This document shows, piece after piece, positions 1 through 10,263 of a stretch of DNA of 64,000 bases. The position numbers were made by a program, and so were the translations under genes. The notes below the pieces were generated by a model. That model had not been told where the DNA came from. It worked only from the letters and a program-made list of their open reading frames with translations, and searched no databases. Numbering within the stretch: position 1 is the stretch's first letter; each line of letters opens with the position of its first letter. Source of the stretch: an uncultured Ruminococcus sp. (GTDB taxonomy: Bacteria; Bacillota; Clostridia; Oscillospirales; CAG-272). The stretch spans positions 28,700 to 92,699 of the forward strand of contig CACYWW010000001.1 in assembly GCA_902778145.1 (NCBI GenBank), given 5' to 3'.

Positions 1-598
1 ATTCAAACAGATGGACCGCGTTGGTTTCTTTTGCCGGAGTGATACGGAAAGAATACCGCTTATCGCTGCCGTCGAGTTCTCGCTTAAAAGATGACACGGT
101 ACTTCGCACAGCACCGTATTTCGGCTCACCAGCCTCGTTTCTGCCGACGAAAATGCAATTGTGGTATTTTGCATCCTCATAGAGCATTCCTTGTCTGTGG
201 CAGAAGTCGATCAGTCTGCCGTCGATACCGCGATGAAAAAGATACCGCCTTACCCGAGAGATGTCCGGATTCAAAGGAGGAAGTTCGAATTCTTTCTTCT
301 CCACGGTAAAGCGCACCTCATTTGCGGGTTTGAGCGAAGCACAATCGTCCGTCAACACAGCCACAGCGTCGGGAAAAGAAAAGCCCTTGACTTTTATGAG
401 ATAGTCAAGAGCGTTTTTGCCTCCTATATTACGTGAAAACCAGTGCCATAAACCGTTGGATATTTTGAGTGAGTCGTGTTCCTTTGTGCAATAGGTCGCG
501 TTACCGAGTTTTAGCAGATTGTCTGGCTCATATTGCTGAAGATAACTTAGAAGGTCTGTCTGCTTCGCTCGTTCTATCTGTTCCTCCGTCACCCACAA
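1..598 (-). CDS. DUF3991/Toprim primase-like ICE protein (5' part; runs off the window)
   Basis: Manual translation from TTG at 598: MWVTEEQIERAKQTDLLSYLQQYEPDNL...EHDSLKISNGLWHWFSRNIGGKNALDYLIKV...RGID...LYED..YHNCIFVG...GSDKRYSF...VHLFE. Open to the window edge; not in the ORF track. Confidence 0.8.
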   Translation of the reverse strand, partial: MWVTEEQIERAKQTDLLSYLQQYEPDNLLKLGNATYCTKEHDSLKISNGLWHWFSRNIGGKNALDYLIKVKGFSFPDAVAVLTDDCASLKPANEVRFTVEKKEFELPPLNPDISRVRRYLFHRGIDGRLIDFCHRQGMLYEDAKYHNCIFVGRNEAGEPKYGAVRSTVSSFKRELDGSDKRYSFRITPAKETNAVHLFE

Positions 599-608
599 AA
601 CATAGCAC

Positions 609-950
609 CTACCTTCCGATCTCCGGCTGGTCGCACTTTCTTGTCATTATCAGATCATCCGCTTTCAACTCTATCGCCTGATGAATCATGCTCATATAGG
701 AGCAGTCCATATGCTCAAATTTCTGATAGATTGCTTCCAGCGGTTTATCAAGTTTCAGAAGCGCCGATGCCTGCTCAGCTGACAGATCGTTATACTCCAG
801 ATCATATACAATGTCCTCGCGGATCGTGTATTCATAAGCATGCGTCAGTATTTCTCCTGCCGGCATGGAAAGCAGTTTCTGTTTATATTCTGCCAGTTCG
901 CTTTCGAGTTTCCGAAACAGTTTTACGTTCAGCTCTTCGGCATTATCCAT
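609..950 (-). CDS. DUF3848-like protein
   Basis: LFRKLESELAEYKQKLLSMPAGEILTHAYEYTIREDI...ALLKLDKPLEAIY pattern; RBS GGAGG; coupled to neighbouring genes. Confidence 0.75.
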   Translation of the reverse strand: MDNAEELNVKLFRKLESELAEYKQKLLSMPAGEILTHAYEYTIREDIVYDLEYNDLSAEQASALLKLDKPLEAIYQKFEHMDCSYMSMIHQAIELKADDLIMTRKCDQPEIGR

Positions 951-1365
951 CCGTTCGTCCTCCTTCTCGATCGATTAATCTGTCGAACATTTCCTCCGGA
1001 GTAACGCCTATCGGAGTAATGAGATCGTAGATACGATAGCCGAGTTCCATGAGAAAGGTATAAACGTCTGCGTCGGTATCGCTGTCGCCAATATACTGCT
1101 CTCTTTGTGCCTCAATTTTCAGGAGTTTACTTTCAAGCGAATAAAGCCCGATAGAGCTTCGAAGCGGCAAGTCACGGTCAGACAGAAGCGACAGTATCCT
1201 TCGATGAAAATAGAGTTGTTCCGTCGCCTCGGGAATATCCTTCGGGTTCAATCGGTGCAGTCCTCTTACATAACAGTCGTATTCTTCTTTCATCTTATCA
1301 TAGAGCAGATCGTTGATTCTCATTTCTTTCGTGATCTGCTTCACTCTGTGAATATCCGTCCTCAA
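943..1365 (-). CDS. Hypothetical ICE protein, weakly DUF3848-like
   Basis: 140-aa ORF in operon position; LYDKMKEEYDCYVRGL resembles the downstream gene; start codon uncertain. Confidence 0.6.
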   Translation of the reverse strand: MRTDIHRVKQITKEMRINDLLYDKMKEEYDCYVRGLHRLNPKDIPEATEQLYFHRRILSLLSDRDLPLRSSIGLYSLESKLLKIEAQREQYIGDSDTDADVYTFLMELGYRIYDLITPIGVTPEEMFDRLIDREGGRTDG

Positions 1366-1385
1366 TATTCATCACCTCTTTCCTT

Positions 1386-4300
1386 TCAGCGGTCGTCCCG
1401 CTCTTCCCGTTTTCTGACGGGATCTTCGATTTCGTCTTCTCTATCATTGTCAACAATTTCGTTGTCCTTCTTGTTAAGGTCGAGCATCGCGTTCAGTTCC
1501 GCAAGCCGGGCGGATTTTGTTTTGAGTTCTTCCTCGTGAACAAAAGGTTTATCCAGTTCCGCCTTTGCGTTTTCAAGCTGTACCTTTTCGTTTTCGAGTT
1601 GGTTCTCACAAGCCGTCTGTTTTTCAGGGAACGAAGCGATCAAGTTGTCGAGACGCTGGTTATTACCGAAGATGTCCGTGCCGAGCGGAGTGGTATGCCG
1701 CAGTTCGTTCTTCAGCGTGATCTTGTATTCACGGCTGAAGGTATCAAAGAACAGTTCCATTTCTAACCCGCGATAACTGCCGATCTTGACCGGCTCCGGG
1801 TTCGTCATCGTTTTGCATGCAGCGAGGAGTTCCGTGCCTGCCGCCTTTTTGTCTGTAAATGTCTCGCCCTTGATGACCATAGGCGAGAAGCCGTCATCGT
1901 TCGGATGCGTATTTGCTCCTGCGTGAGCGATATCCGATTTGTATCCGGCAATACGCTGTTCTAAAGAAGCGATCTGCTGCGGGATTTCCTTTAAGATCTT
2001 ATCCTCCAGAGCGTAGTGCTGGGAAAGGTGGTTTGCTTTCAGCAGTTTCAAGCGGGCGACGTCGATATCCAGGTCCATTTTTTCCTTGATGTGCGGGTTG
2101 CCCGTACACAAGGCTTTGATCTCCGCATAAGAAAGCGCCTGTTCGTCCACGTCTTCCGCTGAACGAACGGGCGACTTGCTCGTCATGATCTGTCCGATGA
2201 ACTTTTGCTTCGATTCCACCAACTGATACAGATAACTGTCAAAGGTGTTTTCCGTGACGTAGGTGTAGATCTCGACTTCGGGGTTATCGTTGCCTTGACG
2301 AATGATACGACCTTCACGCTGCTGAAGATCCGCCGGCCTCCACGGACAATCGAGATGGTGCAAGGCTATGAGCTTCTTCTGCACGTTGGTGCCGGCACCC
2401 ATCTTCTGCGTTGAACCGATCAAAACTCTGATCTGTCCGCTTCGCACCTTGCCGAACAACTCTTTCTTCTTGGTCTCGGTTTCAGCCGAATGAACGAACG
2501 CGATCTCTGAGTCTGGAATACCTTTGGCGATGAGTTTGGCTTTCAGGTCATCGTACACGTTGAAAGAGCCGTCGCCTTTCGGAGTGGACAGGTCGCAGAA
2601 TACCAACTGAGTACAGCGGTCTGCTTCGGTGCGTTTCCAGATCTCGTACACGTTCTCCGCACAGGCAGATACTTTGCCGGTATCGCTGTCGGGGAGCATA
2701 TCGTTGAGCAGACGTTGGTCAAGCGCGAGTTTGCGTCCGTCATTGGTGATACAGAGCATGTTGTCCTCACTGGAATTGACCATACGGTTTCTCACTCTTT
2801 CGGCGCGTTCCGACAAGCCTTCGACCATTTCTTTTTGGTGGTCAGACGGTTTCAGAGCGATGTTGTGGTAATTCGCTTTCGGTACGGGAAGATGAAGCAT
2901 ATCAGCCGTCTGCACGTCCGCGACTTCCTTGAACATACTCATCAGTTCGGGGAGGTTGTAGAACTTGGCGAATCGCGTCTTCGCCCGGTATCCGTTGCCT
3001 TCAGGTGCGAGTTCTATTGCAGTCACGGTCTCGCCGAAAGTGGACGCCCAACTGTCAAAATGAACGAGGTCGTTTCGTGCAAGCGTACCGTACTGAAGGT
3101 ATTTCTGCATCGTGTACATCTCAACCATAGAGTTTGAGATAGGCGTACCTGTCGCAAAGACAACGCCGCGTCCTCCGGTCAATTCGTCAAGGTATCTGCA
3201 CTTCATATACAGGTCGGAGCTTTTCATCGCTTCGGTCTGGCTGATACCGCCGACGTTCCTCATTTTCGTGAACGCGGCAAGGTTCTTGTAGTAGTGCGCC
3301 TCATCGATGAACAGTCGATCAACGCCGAGTTCTTCAAAGGTCACGACGTCATCCTTCCGGGACTGATCGTTCAGCTTTTCGAGCTTCTGCTTTATCGACT
3401 TGCGAGCTTTTTCCATCGCCTTGATGGAGAAGTTTTCGCCTCTGTTGCGGCGCAGTTCTTCAATGCCTTGCAGTATCTCACGCTCCTGCTGTTCGAGCAT
3501 AGCGATCTGTCTTTCGACCGACATCGGGATCTTTTCAAATTGAGAGTGTCCTATGATGATCGCGTCATAATCTCCTGTGGCGATCCTGCCGCAGAACTTC
3601 TTACGGTTCTTGGTTTCAAAGTCCTTTTTGGTGGCGACAAGAATATTCGCACTTGGATAGAGCTGAAGATACTCGGATGCCCATTGTTCGGTCAGATGAT
3701 TTGGAACAACGAAGAGACTTTTACGGCATAATCCGAGCCGTTTCGACTCCTGCGCAGCGGCTACCATCTCGTAGGTCTTACCGGCACCAACGACGTGTGC
3801 AAGAAGTGTGTTGCCGCCGTAGAGAATGTGTGCGATAGCGTTGACCTGATGCGGACGGAGCGTGATCTCCGGGTTCATACCGACAAAGTTCAAGTGACTG
3901 CCGTCATACTCACGTGGTCTGGTACTGTTGAACTTCTCGTTGTAGAGTTTACAGAGCCTTGTGCGCCTGTCCGGGTCCTTCCAGATCCATTCGGCGAACG
4001 CCTCCTTGATCAACTGCTGTTTGCCTTGCGCGATAGCGGTCTCTTTCTTATTCAGCACCGGAGTTCGTTTGCCGTTCTCGTCTTCAATATAGTCGAAGAC
4101 GCGGACGTCGCGGAGGTTCAGCGTTTCCTCAAGGATCTTATAGCCGTTGACTCTGCCTGTGCCGTAGGTGTTATACACTTTAACATTGCCTCTGTCGTAG
4201 GATTTGCCGTCGATACTCCACTCGCCCGTATAGGAAGCGAAGTGTACGGAGATATTTCTTCGCTGCCACCACGGAGTGCCGAAAAGTTCCCACATAAAGT

Positions 4301-7300
4301 TGTTGACGTCATCGACCGGAATCCAGGTAGAACCGAGACGCACCGAGATCTCGCTTGCGGACAAATCTTTCGGCATCACCTGTTCAAGCGCCTGCACGTT
4401 TACGGTATAATCATCGGGATAGAGTTCTGCGCTTCGTTTTGCCCATTCGAGCTTTTCACGGATATTGCCGGAGAGATATTCATCGGCAGGCAGGTACTTC
4501 GGTTCGATATTGTCGCCATATCCGTACATCGGGTTCAGGAAGATAACGCCTTTTAACTCTTCCGCGATCTCTTCCTCCGTTTTGCCGGTGAGTTCGCACA
4601 TATACGGCATATCCACCTTCGTTTTCTCAGCCAGTGAAAGGGCAAGAGCTTCCGACGCTGTATCCACGCTCGTAACGATGACCTTCTGACGGATGGTGCG
4701 CTTTGAAAACATATCCGCTTTGCCGACAAAGTTGCCCTCGTCGTCAAGATTCTCAAGAGAAGTGAGCAGATAATACGCACTGTCCTGACTGAAAGCGGAG
4801 TTGTTGGCACGACTGTTGATAAGACCGTATTTCTTGCTGAAATCGTCATAAATGTCGTTCAGTTCTTTCTGCTTGGCGGCGATCATATCGTCCGGCCAGT
4901 CTTCGATCTGGTATTCTATCAACTGACGAACGCAGTCACGGAGCCGGATCATACCTTTAATGCGGTTTTCGGCGGTAACGGAGACATCAACGGGGTTCAT
5001 ACGGCTGTTGACTCGGTAATACACCTTGCCGTCAACGACTGAATAAGAGAAGTTGCGAACGCTCGGGTCGGCAGGGATGCTGTTGTCAACGCCCTCATCA
5101 ACAAGGTCATCGAACTCAACTTCGGTGAACTCAGCGTGTATATTCTGTATTGCCTCGTTCAGCCCGTCTGAAAGTGATTCATCTTCGTAGGCAATACAAG
5201 CCGGTGTATCTCCGTGAGGACCGCTGATCATCTGCATTTCACCGACGATCATATCCGGATTGTCAATGAAATATTGGTTCATCGTGATCCCGTTTTCATC
5301 GGTTCCGAGATGCACCCAATCGGGTTCGATATCAACGAGTCTGTCGCGCTTTTGAAGGAAAAGAATATCTGCCGTTACTTCCGTCCCAGCCGCGTCCTTA
5401 AAGGTATTGTTCGGCAAGCGGATAGCACCGAGAAGATCGGCTCTTTGGGCAATATACTTTCTCACAGACGGGTTTTCCTTATCCATCGTCCCGTGAGAGG
5501 TGATGAAAGCGATTACGCCGCCCGGTCTGACTTTATCCAAAGTTTTGGCGAAGAAATAGTCGTGGATCAGAAAATTGTTTTTGTCATACCGTTTATCCAA
5601 AACCTTAAAGTCGCCGAACGGGACATTGCCGATTGAAGCGTCAAAGAAGCTGTCGGGCAGTTCGGTTGTTTCAAATCCCTGAACCGCAATGTTGTTCTTC
5701 TGATACAACTGCTGTGCGATCCTGCCCGTGATACTGTCAAGCTCCACGCCGTAGATCTTCGATTCGCTCATACTGCCGGGAATAAGCCCCATAAAGTTGC
5801 CGATACCGCACGACGGTTCAAGGATATTCCCATTCTTGAAGCCCATATTCTCAAGCGTCTGATATATCGCTTTGATTACAACAGGCGGCGTATAGAACGC
5901 TGTCAGCGTCGACGCACGGGCAGAATCAAGTTCATCGTCCGAAAGAACCGCACGGAGTTCGTTATAGTGAGGATGATCCTCTTTGAAGAAGTCCGCAAGG
6001 CCGCCCCAACCGACATAATCCGACAGAATACGCTGTTCGTTTGTATCCGCAAGCCGGTGTTCGTCCTCCAGTTTGTGAAGGAGCTGGATCGCCATAATGT
6101 TATGATGAAACCGTTCAAGTGGAGTACCGACGCCGATATCGTCATTCTCGATCCTGAAGTTCGACCTATAGTCCGACTTGATTTCGGGATAGAGGATATG
6201 CGGTGCGAGGTCCCGTTTTACCTTCTGAGGCGGCGGGGCGAGAGGAGCTTCGGCCTTTTCGGGTTCAGCCTGTTTCCCTTGACTCTTGGCGACCTCTATC
6301 TGCTCATCGGTGTAATCGGTAAGCTCGTTGAAATCGAGATCTTCAAGGAAGTCGCACATTTCACGAAGGCTGTCAAAGAGCTGCCGTTCCACAAGAACGC
6401 CGGCAATATATTTGTCTATGCTCGGTTCTTTGAGATTAGCGGTGACTTGAATCTCGAGGTCTTCATCGGTGATAGTCGTATAGGCGAGCCCGACGCTGTG
6501 AATGTCGCCGAAGTAAGCGGCTTGTCCGAACTCTTTCTGACTATACTCGTTGATAAGCCTTTCGGCACGAACCAAATCGTCCTCCTGGTTTTGAAGAACA
6601 AAGGGAGAATCCACGAACTCATACGTGGGGTACGGCGGTTTCATCTCCTCTACAAAGTTTGTCGGGATCGTCCTTCCGTTATTGTCACGGTAAAGTACGA
6701 CGCGCATCTTTGTCCCACGCTCGTTTTCCTCAAAGACGTTGCGGAGAAATGCACTCTCGTCCGTGAAATCGGTGCTGATCTCAACCTCGCCGTTCTCGTC
6801 GAGCACGTCGATACGGGCGACCGGCATCGTGTCAATAGGATTGTCTTTATACGGACTATTGAGCCTTTCGCCCTTGCCGTCTTCAAAGAGAACTACGTCG
6901 TGGCCTCTGTCGTGCAGCATATCCACGTAGGCGTCGAGTTTGTGTGCAGGAAAGCCGCACATCGGGATACGCCTGTCGAGCAGATAACTGCGAGAACCGA
7001 GATGAAGCGAAAGCGATCCAGCGACCTTTTCTGCGTCGTCGCCCATGATCTCATAGAAGTCCCCAATACGGTAAAGAACGATTGCACCGGGTTCATCAAA
7101 CTTTGCCTGAAGGTATTCGCGCCAGGGCTTGTAATAGCGGTTGTCAACAACAAGGACGCCGTTGTGCGCCGCAAGCGCGGTGAAATCTGCGAGGAGTTTA
7201 TCGTCAATACCGGTGACTCTGCCTCCGTCTTCAAAGACGAAGCATTCATCAATCAGGAATCGAAAAAAATCTTTGCCTTTCCATTGGTAATCATCATCAA

Positions 7301-10250
7301 AGGCAATAATGTCGTCACCTTCAAAGTCCAGCCCTACGTCATCCATATTGAGCTTATGGAGAACGGTGTAGAGGATCTCCGTGGATCGGTCATATACGGG
7401 AAGTTTTTCATTCTCAGGGCGGCTCTCGAAGACCTTACCCGGCTGAGACGCGGAGACGTTCGGGTCTTCTTTTTCAGCGAAGTCGTATATCTTGACCTTG
7501 ACTTCCTCCGGCATTTTTTCATCGTAGATTGTTACCGTCCTGTCGGTGGCAATATGCGCGACAGTCTTGAAATCTCCGTTTTCGGTTTCAAGTCTGTTCC
7601 AGACCGTAATCCCGTTGCCGAGATGTCCGAATCCGAGATCGTAGCCGGAGGTATTCGGAACTTCGCTGAACACTCTCGTCCCGTCAGCTCCGAACTCTGC
7701 TTCGTGTTCATTGATTGCCCGTTCCGCTTCATGATCGGTTTCGTCGGGAACAGTCGGTTCCTCAACAATGACAAGGTGTTTATCGTTCAGCGGGTTTTCT
7801 GACGCTTTACGAAAAAACTCCTCTCTCGGCATATCTTGTGTGAGAATCGGAAACTCCGGGTCGAACAGAACAACGGGATCGTCAAGCCCGAGGATCTCAT
7901 ACTCTTTACTGCCGATATACACCTTATCTCCGAGAGAAAAGCGAAGCTCTTTCTTTGGTTCGGGAGGAGGATTTTTCTCGTCCTCAGTCAGTTCAAAGTC
8001 TTTCGCTATATCCGTTTCATCCAGTTCGTCAAGAAGTTCCTGCGCTCTGTCTGTCAGGTGTGTGTTTTCCGCTATGACACGTTCAAGAATCTCCCGAATG
8101 GCAGGAAGAACGAAAACATCGGGATTTCTTCCGTATCCACGGTTTACTCGCTCACCTTGCCCGAAAAGGCTTGCAAATTCGCGGGAGGTATAACGGTCGA
8201 TGATTACGATGTCGTTGTTTATCTGCGTTTCATAGTCGTTGAAGTCTTCAACGAGAGAGTTGAAACGACCCGCAAACTGATACCGTCTTTCGCGTTCCTC
8301 CTTTTCGGCAAGATATGCGGGGTAAGCCGCTTTCTCGGCTTTGTTCAGATACCTGTCGGCAGCGATGAGTTCACCGATGCGCTTTGCGACCTTGTTCCAG
8401 GGAAGAAGAACCTTCAAATCGCCTTTGCGAAGCTCGATACCTTTGCCGTCGTGCTGTTCCCAATATCCGCTTTCCGGGATCGGATCGGAATAGCCGCCGA
8501 TACCGTATTCGTTTTTCAAAAAGTTGACGTTTTTCTCGGCAGACTCCTGTTTCTGAAACTGCTCGTAGATCCGCATCTTTCCTTCACTGACGCCGCTTCC
8601 TCTTGTGAGAACATGGTCGATAGCAGCCTGCGGGATAGAAAGCTCGGTTTTCTTCTGCTCGGCTTGGCTGTCAATAAATCGAAGCTGTCCGTCTTCGGAA
8701 ATAATGTCTTTTTCTTCATTGGTAAGCCAAGTATCAAGAAGAATCTGTCCTTCGATAGCGTCGGCGACTCTCCACCAGTGCAGGAAGTCCTCTTTATCCC
8801 GAGAAAGATAACTGCCGTGCCAAATGGTAAGAAGGTCGTCATAAGCACGGTATCCGACGCGCTCACCGTTATCGAGAATATGCTCGACGTAGGTGTTGTC
8901 AAAGAAAGTCTTAATGAAATCGCCGCGCTCTCTTCGGTCCATGTGGACCTCAAAAAACGCGGCAATCTCTTTTCGGTGGTCTTTTAATGCAAGGCAGTTG
9001 CGAAGCAGTTCATTCTTTGCGTCCGGCGCGTAGTAATACGGTATCTCGCTCCGGGCGTTAAAGTCGTGACCGCTTAGTTGTAAACGAGTTGGTTCAGAAC
9101 GATCTCCTCCGCCGACGCTTTCAGCGAGTTCATCATCTGAACCCACTTCATCTGATCGGTCTTCTTCATCTTCTCGTCTACTCCCTGAGCCATCGCCATC
9201 TGTCTGGTCAGGCGTTCCACTTCCTCCGTCGCCTCCCGGTCTATCTGTTCGAGATGGTTGTTCAGGCTGCCGGACATCTGCATCCCGCTGAATATCGCTT
9301 TCTTTTGGTCTCGCAGATACCGGAACCGAAGCATCCCATATTTCCCGATCTTCGGGCTCTCCGGCGCTTCGAGGTTTGGAAGAAGGTAATCGCCCTCCGG
9401 TCTGTAGGTCAGTTCCATGTTCATCGCTCCTTTCGGTGTTTTTCTTTTCGCCTATATTATCCGTCGTTTTCTGTTTTTCTGCAAATGTGCGATTTTGTCT
9501 TTCGTCACGCACGGCTGATCTTACGGTCGCTTCGATCTCACGAAGCACCATTTCGGAAATATCGCTCGACGCGCCGCCGATGATATTCATCGTCTCCGGA
9601 GTGTTGAAGTCCGTGATATTCGAGAACTCGTCCGCTTCATACAGATCGAAAGCGTTGATACCGCATCTCGTCAGGACTTGAAAAGCAACGCTGTCTATGA
9701 GCAGGTCGCGAAACTCACGCTCAAGGTTGTCTCCGTCGAGATCTTCGAGCAGACTGCCATAGCGTACCTGTTCGAGCTGGGCGAAATAGTCGTAGTAGTT
9801 GTCCTGCACGATCATTTCCGCAAAACGGGTCAGCGTACCGACGAAATCCGTCTTTTCTTCGACGGAGCCGAAGCTGTTCTCAAGCGCGTCAAGCACCTGT
9901 TCGCCATACCGATCTTCGTATTTCCACAGCCGTACCTCATAGCCGTATCTGCTGTTGGTGTCGGCGATATCGAAAACGTGGCGGAGCTTATACGGAATAT
10001 CCCGGTCAACGAGCAGAGTGATACCTTTGGTTCCTTTGTTGACCCATCTTCCGAGCTTATTCCACGTTTCGATCTCCGCACAAGCAGTAGCGGAAGGCTT
10101 CTGCGCATAGATAAGGACCTGATCCGCGAAGCTGTATTTGTAGTTGTTCGCCGCCGTTCTGAGAAAATCCATATATGTCTTCGGCTCACTGGCGATCTCT
10201 TTTGCCGTGTAAGCCGATAATTCCAATGTCAGATTATACTTACTCGGCAT
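1386..10250 (-). CDS. DarB-like multidomain N6-adenine methyltransferase / SNF2 helicase with MutS-I domain
   Basis: 2954 aa; MutS-I (LYRIGDFYE...PMCGFP); MTase motifs ILEPSCGIGNF and NVPF; helicase motifs AHVVGAGKT, DEAH, TGTP, QREGRIIRQGN; RBS AAAGGAG. Confidence 0.92.
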   Translation of the reverse strand: MPSKYNLTLELSAYTAKEIASEPKTYMDFLRTAANNYKYSFADQVLIYAQKPSATACAEIETWNKLGRWVNKGTKGITLLVDRDIPYKLRHVFDIADTNSRYGYEVRLWKYEDRYGEQVLDALENSFGSVEEKTDFVGTLTRFAEMIVQDNYYDYFAQLEQVRYGSLLEDLDGDNLEREFRDLLIDSVAFQVLTRCGINAFDLYEADEFSNITDFNTPETMNIIGGASSDISEMVLREIEATVRSAVRDERQNRTFAEKQKTTDNIGEKKNTERSDEHGTDLQTGGRLPSSKPRSAGEPEDREIWDASVPVSARPKESDIQRDADVRQPEQPSRTDRPGGDGGSGTPDQTDGDGSGSRREDEEDRSDEVGSDDELAESVGGGDRSEPTRLQLSGHDFNARSEIPYYYAPDAKNELLRNCLALKDHRKEIAAFFEVHMDRRERGDFIKTFFDNTYVEHILDNGERVGYRAYDDLLTIWHGSYLSRDKEDFLHWWRVADAIEGQILLDTWLTNEEKDIISEDGQLRFIDSQAEQKKTELSIPQAAIDHVLTRGSGVSEGKMRIYEQFQKQESAEKNVNFLKNEYGIGGYSDPIPESGYWEQHDGKGIELRKGDLKVLLPWNKVAKRIGELIAADRYLNKAEKAAYPAYLAEKEERERRYQFAGRFNSLVEDFNDYETQINNDIVIIDRYTSREFASLFGQGERVNRGYGRNPDVFVLPAIREILERVIAENTHLTDRAQELLDELDETDIAKDFELTEDEKNPPPEPKKELRFSLGDKVYIGSKEYEILGLDDPVVLFDPEFPILTQDMPREEFFRKASENPLNDKHLVIVEEPTVPDETDHEAERAINEHEAEFGADGTRVFSEVPNTSGYDLGFGHLGNGITVWNRLETENGDFKTVAHIATDRTVTIYDEKMPEEVKVKIYDFAEKEDPNVSASQPGKVFESRPENEKLPVYDRSTEILYTVLHKLNMDDVGLDFEGDDIIAFDDDYQWKGKDFFRFLIDECFVFEDGGRVTGIDDKLLADFTALAAHNGVLVVDNRYYKPWREYLQAKFDEPGAIVLYRIGDFYEIMGDDAEKVAGSLSLHLGSRSYLLDRRIPMCGFPAHKLDAYVDMLHDRGHDVVLFEDGKGERLNSPYKDNPIDTMPVARIDVLDENGEVEISTDFTDESAFLRNVFEENERGTKMRVVLYRDNNGRTIPTNFVEEMKPPYPTYEFVDSPFVLQNQEDDLVRAERLINEYSQKEFGQAAYFGDIHSVGLAYTTITDEDLEIQVTANLKEPSIDKYIAGVLVERQLFDSLREMCDFLEDLDFNELTDYTDEQIEVAKSQGKQAEPEKAEAPLAPPPQKVKRDLAPHILYPEIKSDYRSNFRIENDDIGVGTPLERFHHNIMAIQLLHKLEDEHRLADTNEQRILSDYVGWGGLADFFKEDHPHYNELRAVLSDDELDSARASTLTAFYTPPVVIKAIYQTLENMGFKNGNILEPSCGIGNFMGLIPGSMSESKIYGVELDSITGRIAQQLYQKNNIAVQGFETTELPDSFFDASIGNVPFGDFKVLDKRYDKNNFLIHDYFFAKTLDKVRPGGVIAFITSHGTMDKENPSVRKYIAQRADLLGAIRLPNNTFKDAAGTEVTADILFLQKRDRLVDIEPDWVHLGTDENGITMNQYFIDNPDMIVGEMQMISGPHGDTPACIAYEDESLSDGLNEAIQNIHAEFTEVEFDDLVDEGVDNSIPADPSVRNFSYSVVDGKVYYRVNSRMNPVDVSVTAENRIKGMIRLRDCVRQLIEYQIEDWPDDMIAAKQKELNDIYDDFSKKYGLINSRANNSAFSQDSAYYLLTSLENLDDEGNFVGKADMFSKRTIRQKVIVTSVDTASEALALSLAEKTKVDMPYMCELTGKTEEEIAEELKGVIFLNPMYGYGDNIEPKYLPADEYLSGNIREKLEWAKRSAELYPDDYTVNVQALEQVMPKDLSASEISVRLGSTWIPVDDVNNFMWELFGTPWWQRRNISVHFASYTGEWSIDGKSYDRGNVKVYNTYGTGRVNGYKILEETLNLRDVRVFDYIEDENGKRTPVLNKKETAIAQGKQQLIKEAFAEWIWKDPDRRTRLCKLYNEKFNSTRPREYDGSHLNFVGMNPEITLRPHQVNAIAHILYGGNTLLAHVVGAGKTYEMVAAAQESKRLGLCRKSLFVVPNHLTEQWASEYLQLYPSANILVATKKDFETKNRKKFCGRIATGDYDAIIIGHSQFEKIPMSVERQIAMLEQQEREILQGIEELRRNRGENFSIKAMEKARKSIKQKLEKLNDQSRKDDVVTFEELGVDRLFIDEAHYYKNLAAFTKMRNVGGISQTEAMKSSDLYMKCRYLDELTGGRGVVFATGTPISNSMVEMYTMQKYLQYGTLARNDLVHFDSWASTFGETVTAIELAPEGNGYRAKTRFAKFYNLPELMSMFKEVADVQTADMLHLPVPKANYHNIALKPSDHQKEMVEGLSERAERVRNRMVNSSEDNMLCITNDGRKLALDQRLLNDMLPDSDTGKVSACAENVYEIWKRTEADRCTQLVFCDLSTPKGDGSFNVYDDLKAKLIAKGIPDSEIAFVHSAETETKKKELFGKVRSGQIRVLIGSTQKMGAGTNVQKKLIALHHLDCPWRPADLQQREGRIIRQGNDNPEVEIYTYVTENTFDSYLYQLVESKQKFIGQIMTSKSPVRSAEDVDEQALSYAEIKALCTGNPHIKEKMDLDIDVARLKLLKANHLSQHYALEDKILKEIPQQIASLEQRIAGYKSDIAHAGANTHPNDDGFSPMVIKGETFTDKKAAGTELLAACKTMTNPEPVKIGSYRGLEMELFFDTFSREYKITLKNELRHTTPLGTDIFGNNQRLDNLIASFPEKQTACENQLENEKVQLENAKAELDKPFVHEEELKTKSARLAELNAMLDLNKKDNEIVDNDREDEIEDPVRKREERDDR
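9074..9424 (-). CDS. tnpV: TnpV-family protein nested in the +1 frame of the helicase gene (likely start 9418)
   Basis: ELTYRPEGDYLLPNL..IGKYGMLRFRYL..GSLNNHLEQID..MKKTDQMKWVQMMN..AEEIVLNQLVY matches the TnpV pattern; AAAGGAG lies 8 nt before ATG 9418. Confidence 0.8.
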   Translation of the reverse strand: MNMELTYRPEGDYLLPNLEAPESPKIGKYGMLRFRYLRDQKKAIFSGMQMSGSLNNHLEQIDREATEEVERLTRQMAMAQGVDEKMKKTDQMKWVQMMNSLKASAEEIVLNQLVYN

Positions 10251-10263
10251 TGTATTTCTCCTT

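Noticed and set aside
8516-8965. Second nested same-strand ORF in the helicase gene
   Set aside because: No RBS or family resemblance; Ser/Arg/Leu-rich off-frame composition, unlike tnpV.
5967-8987. Long plus-strand ORFs (611 and 383 aa)
   Set aside because: Antisense shadows of the helicase gene; no RBS or recognisable motifs.
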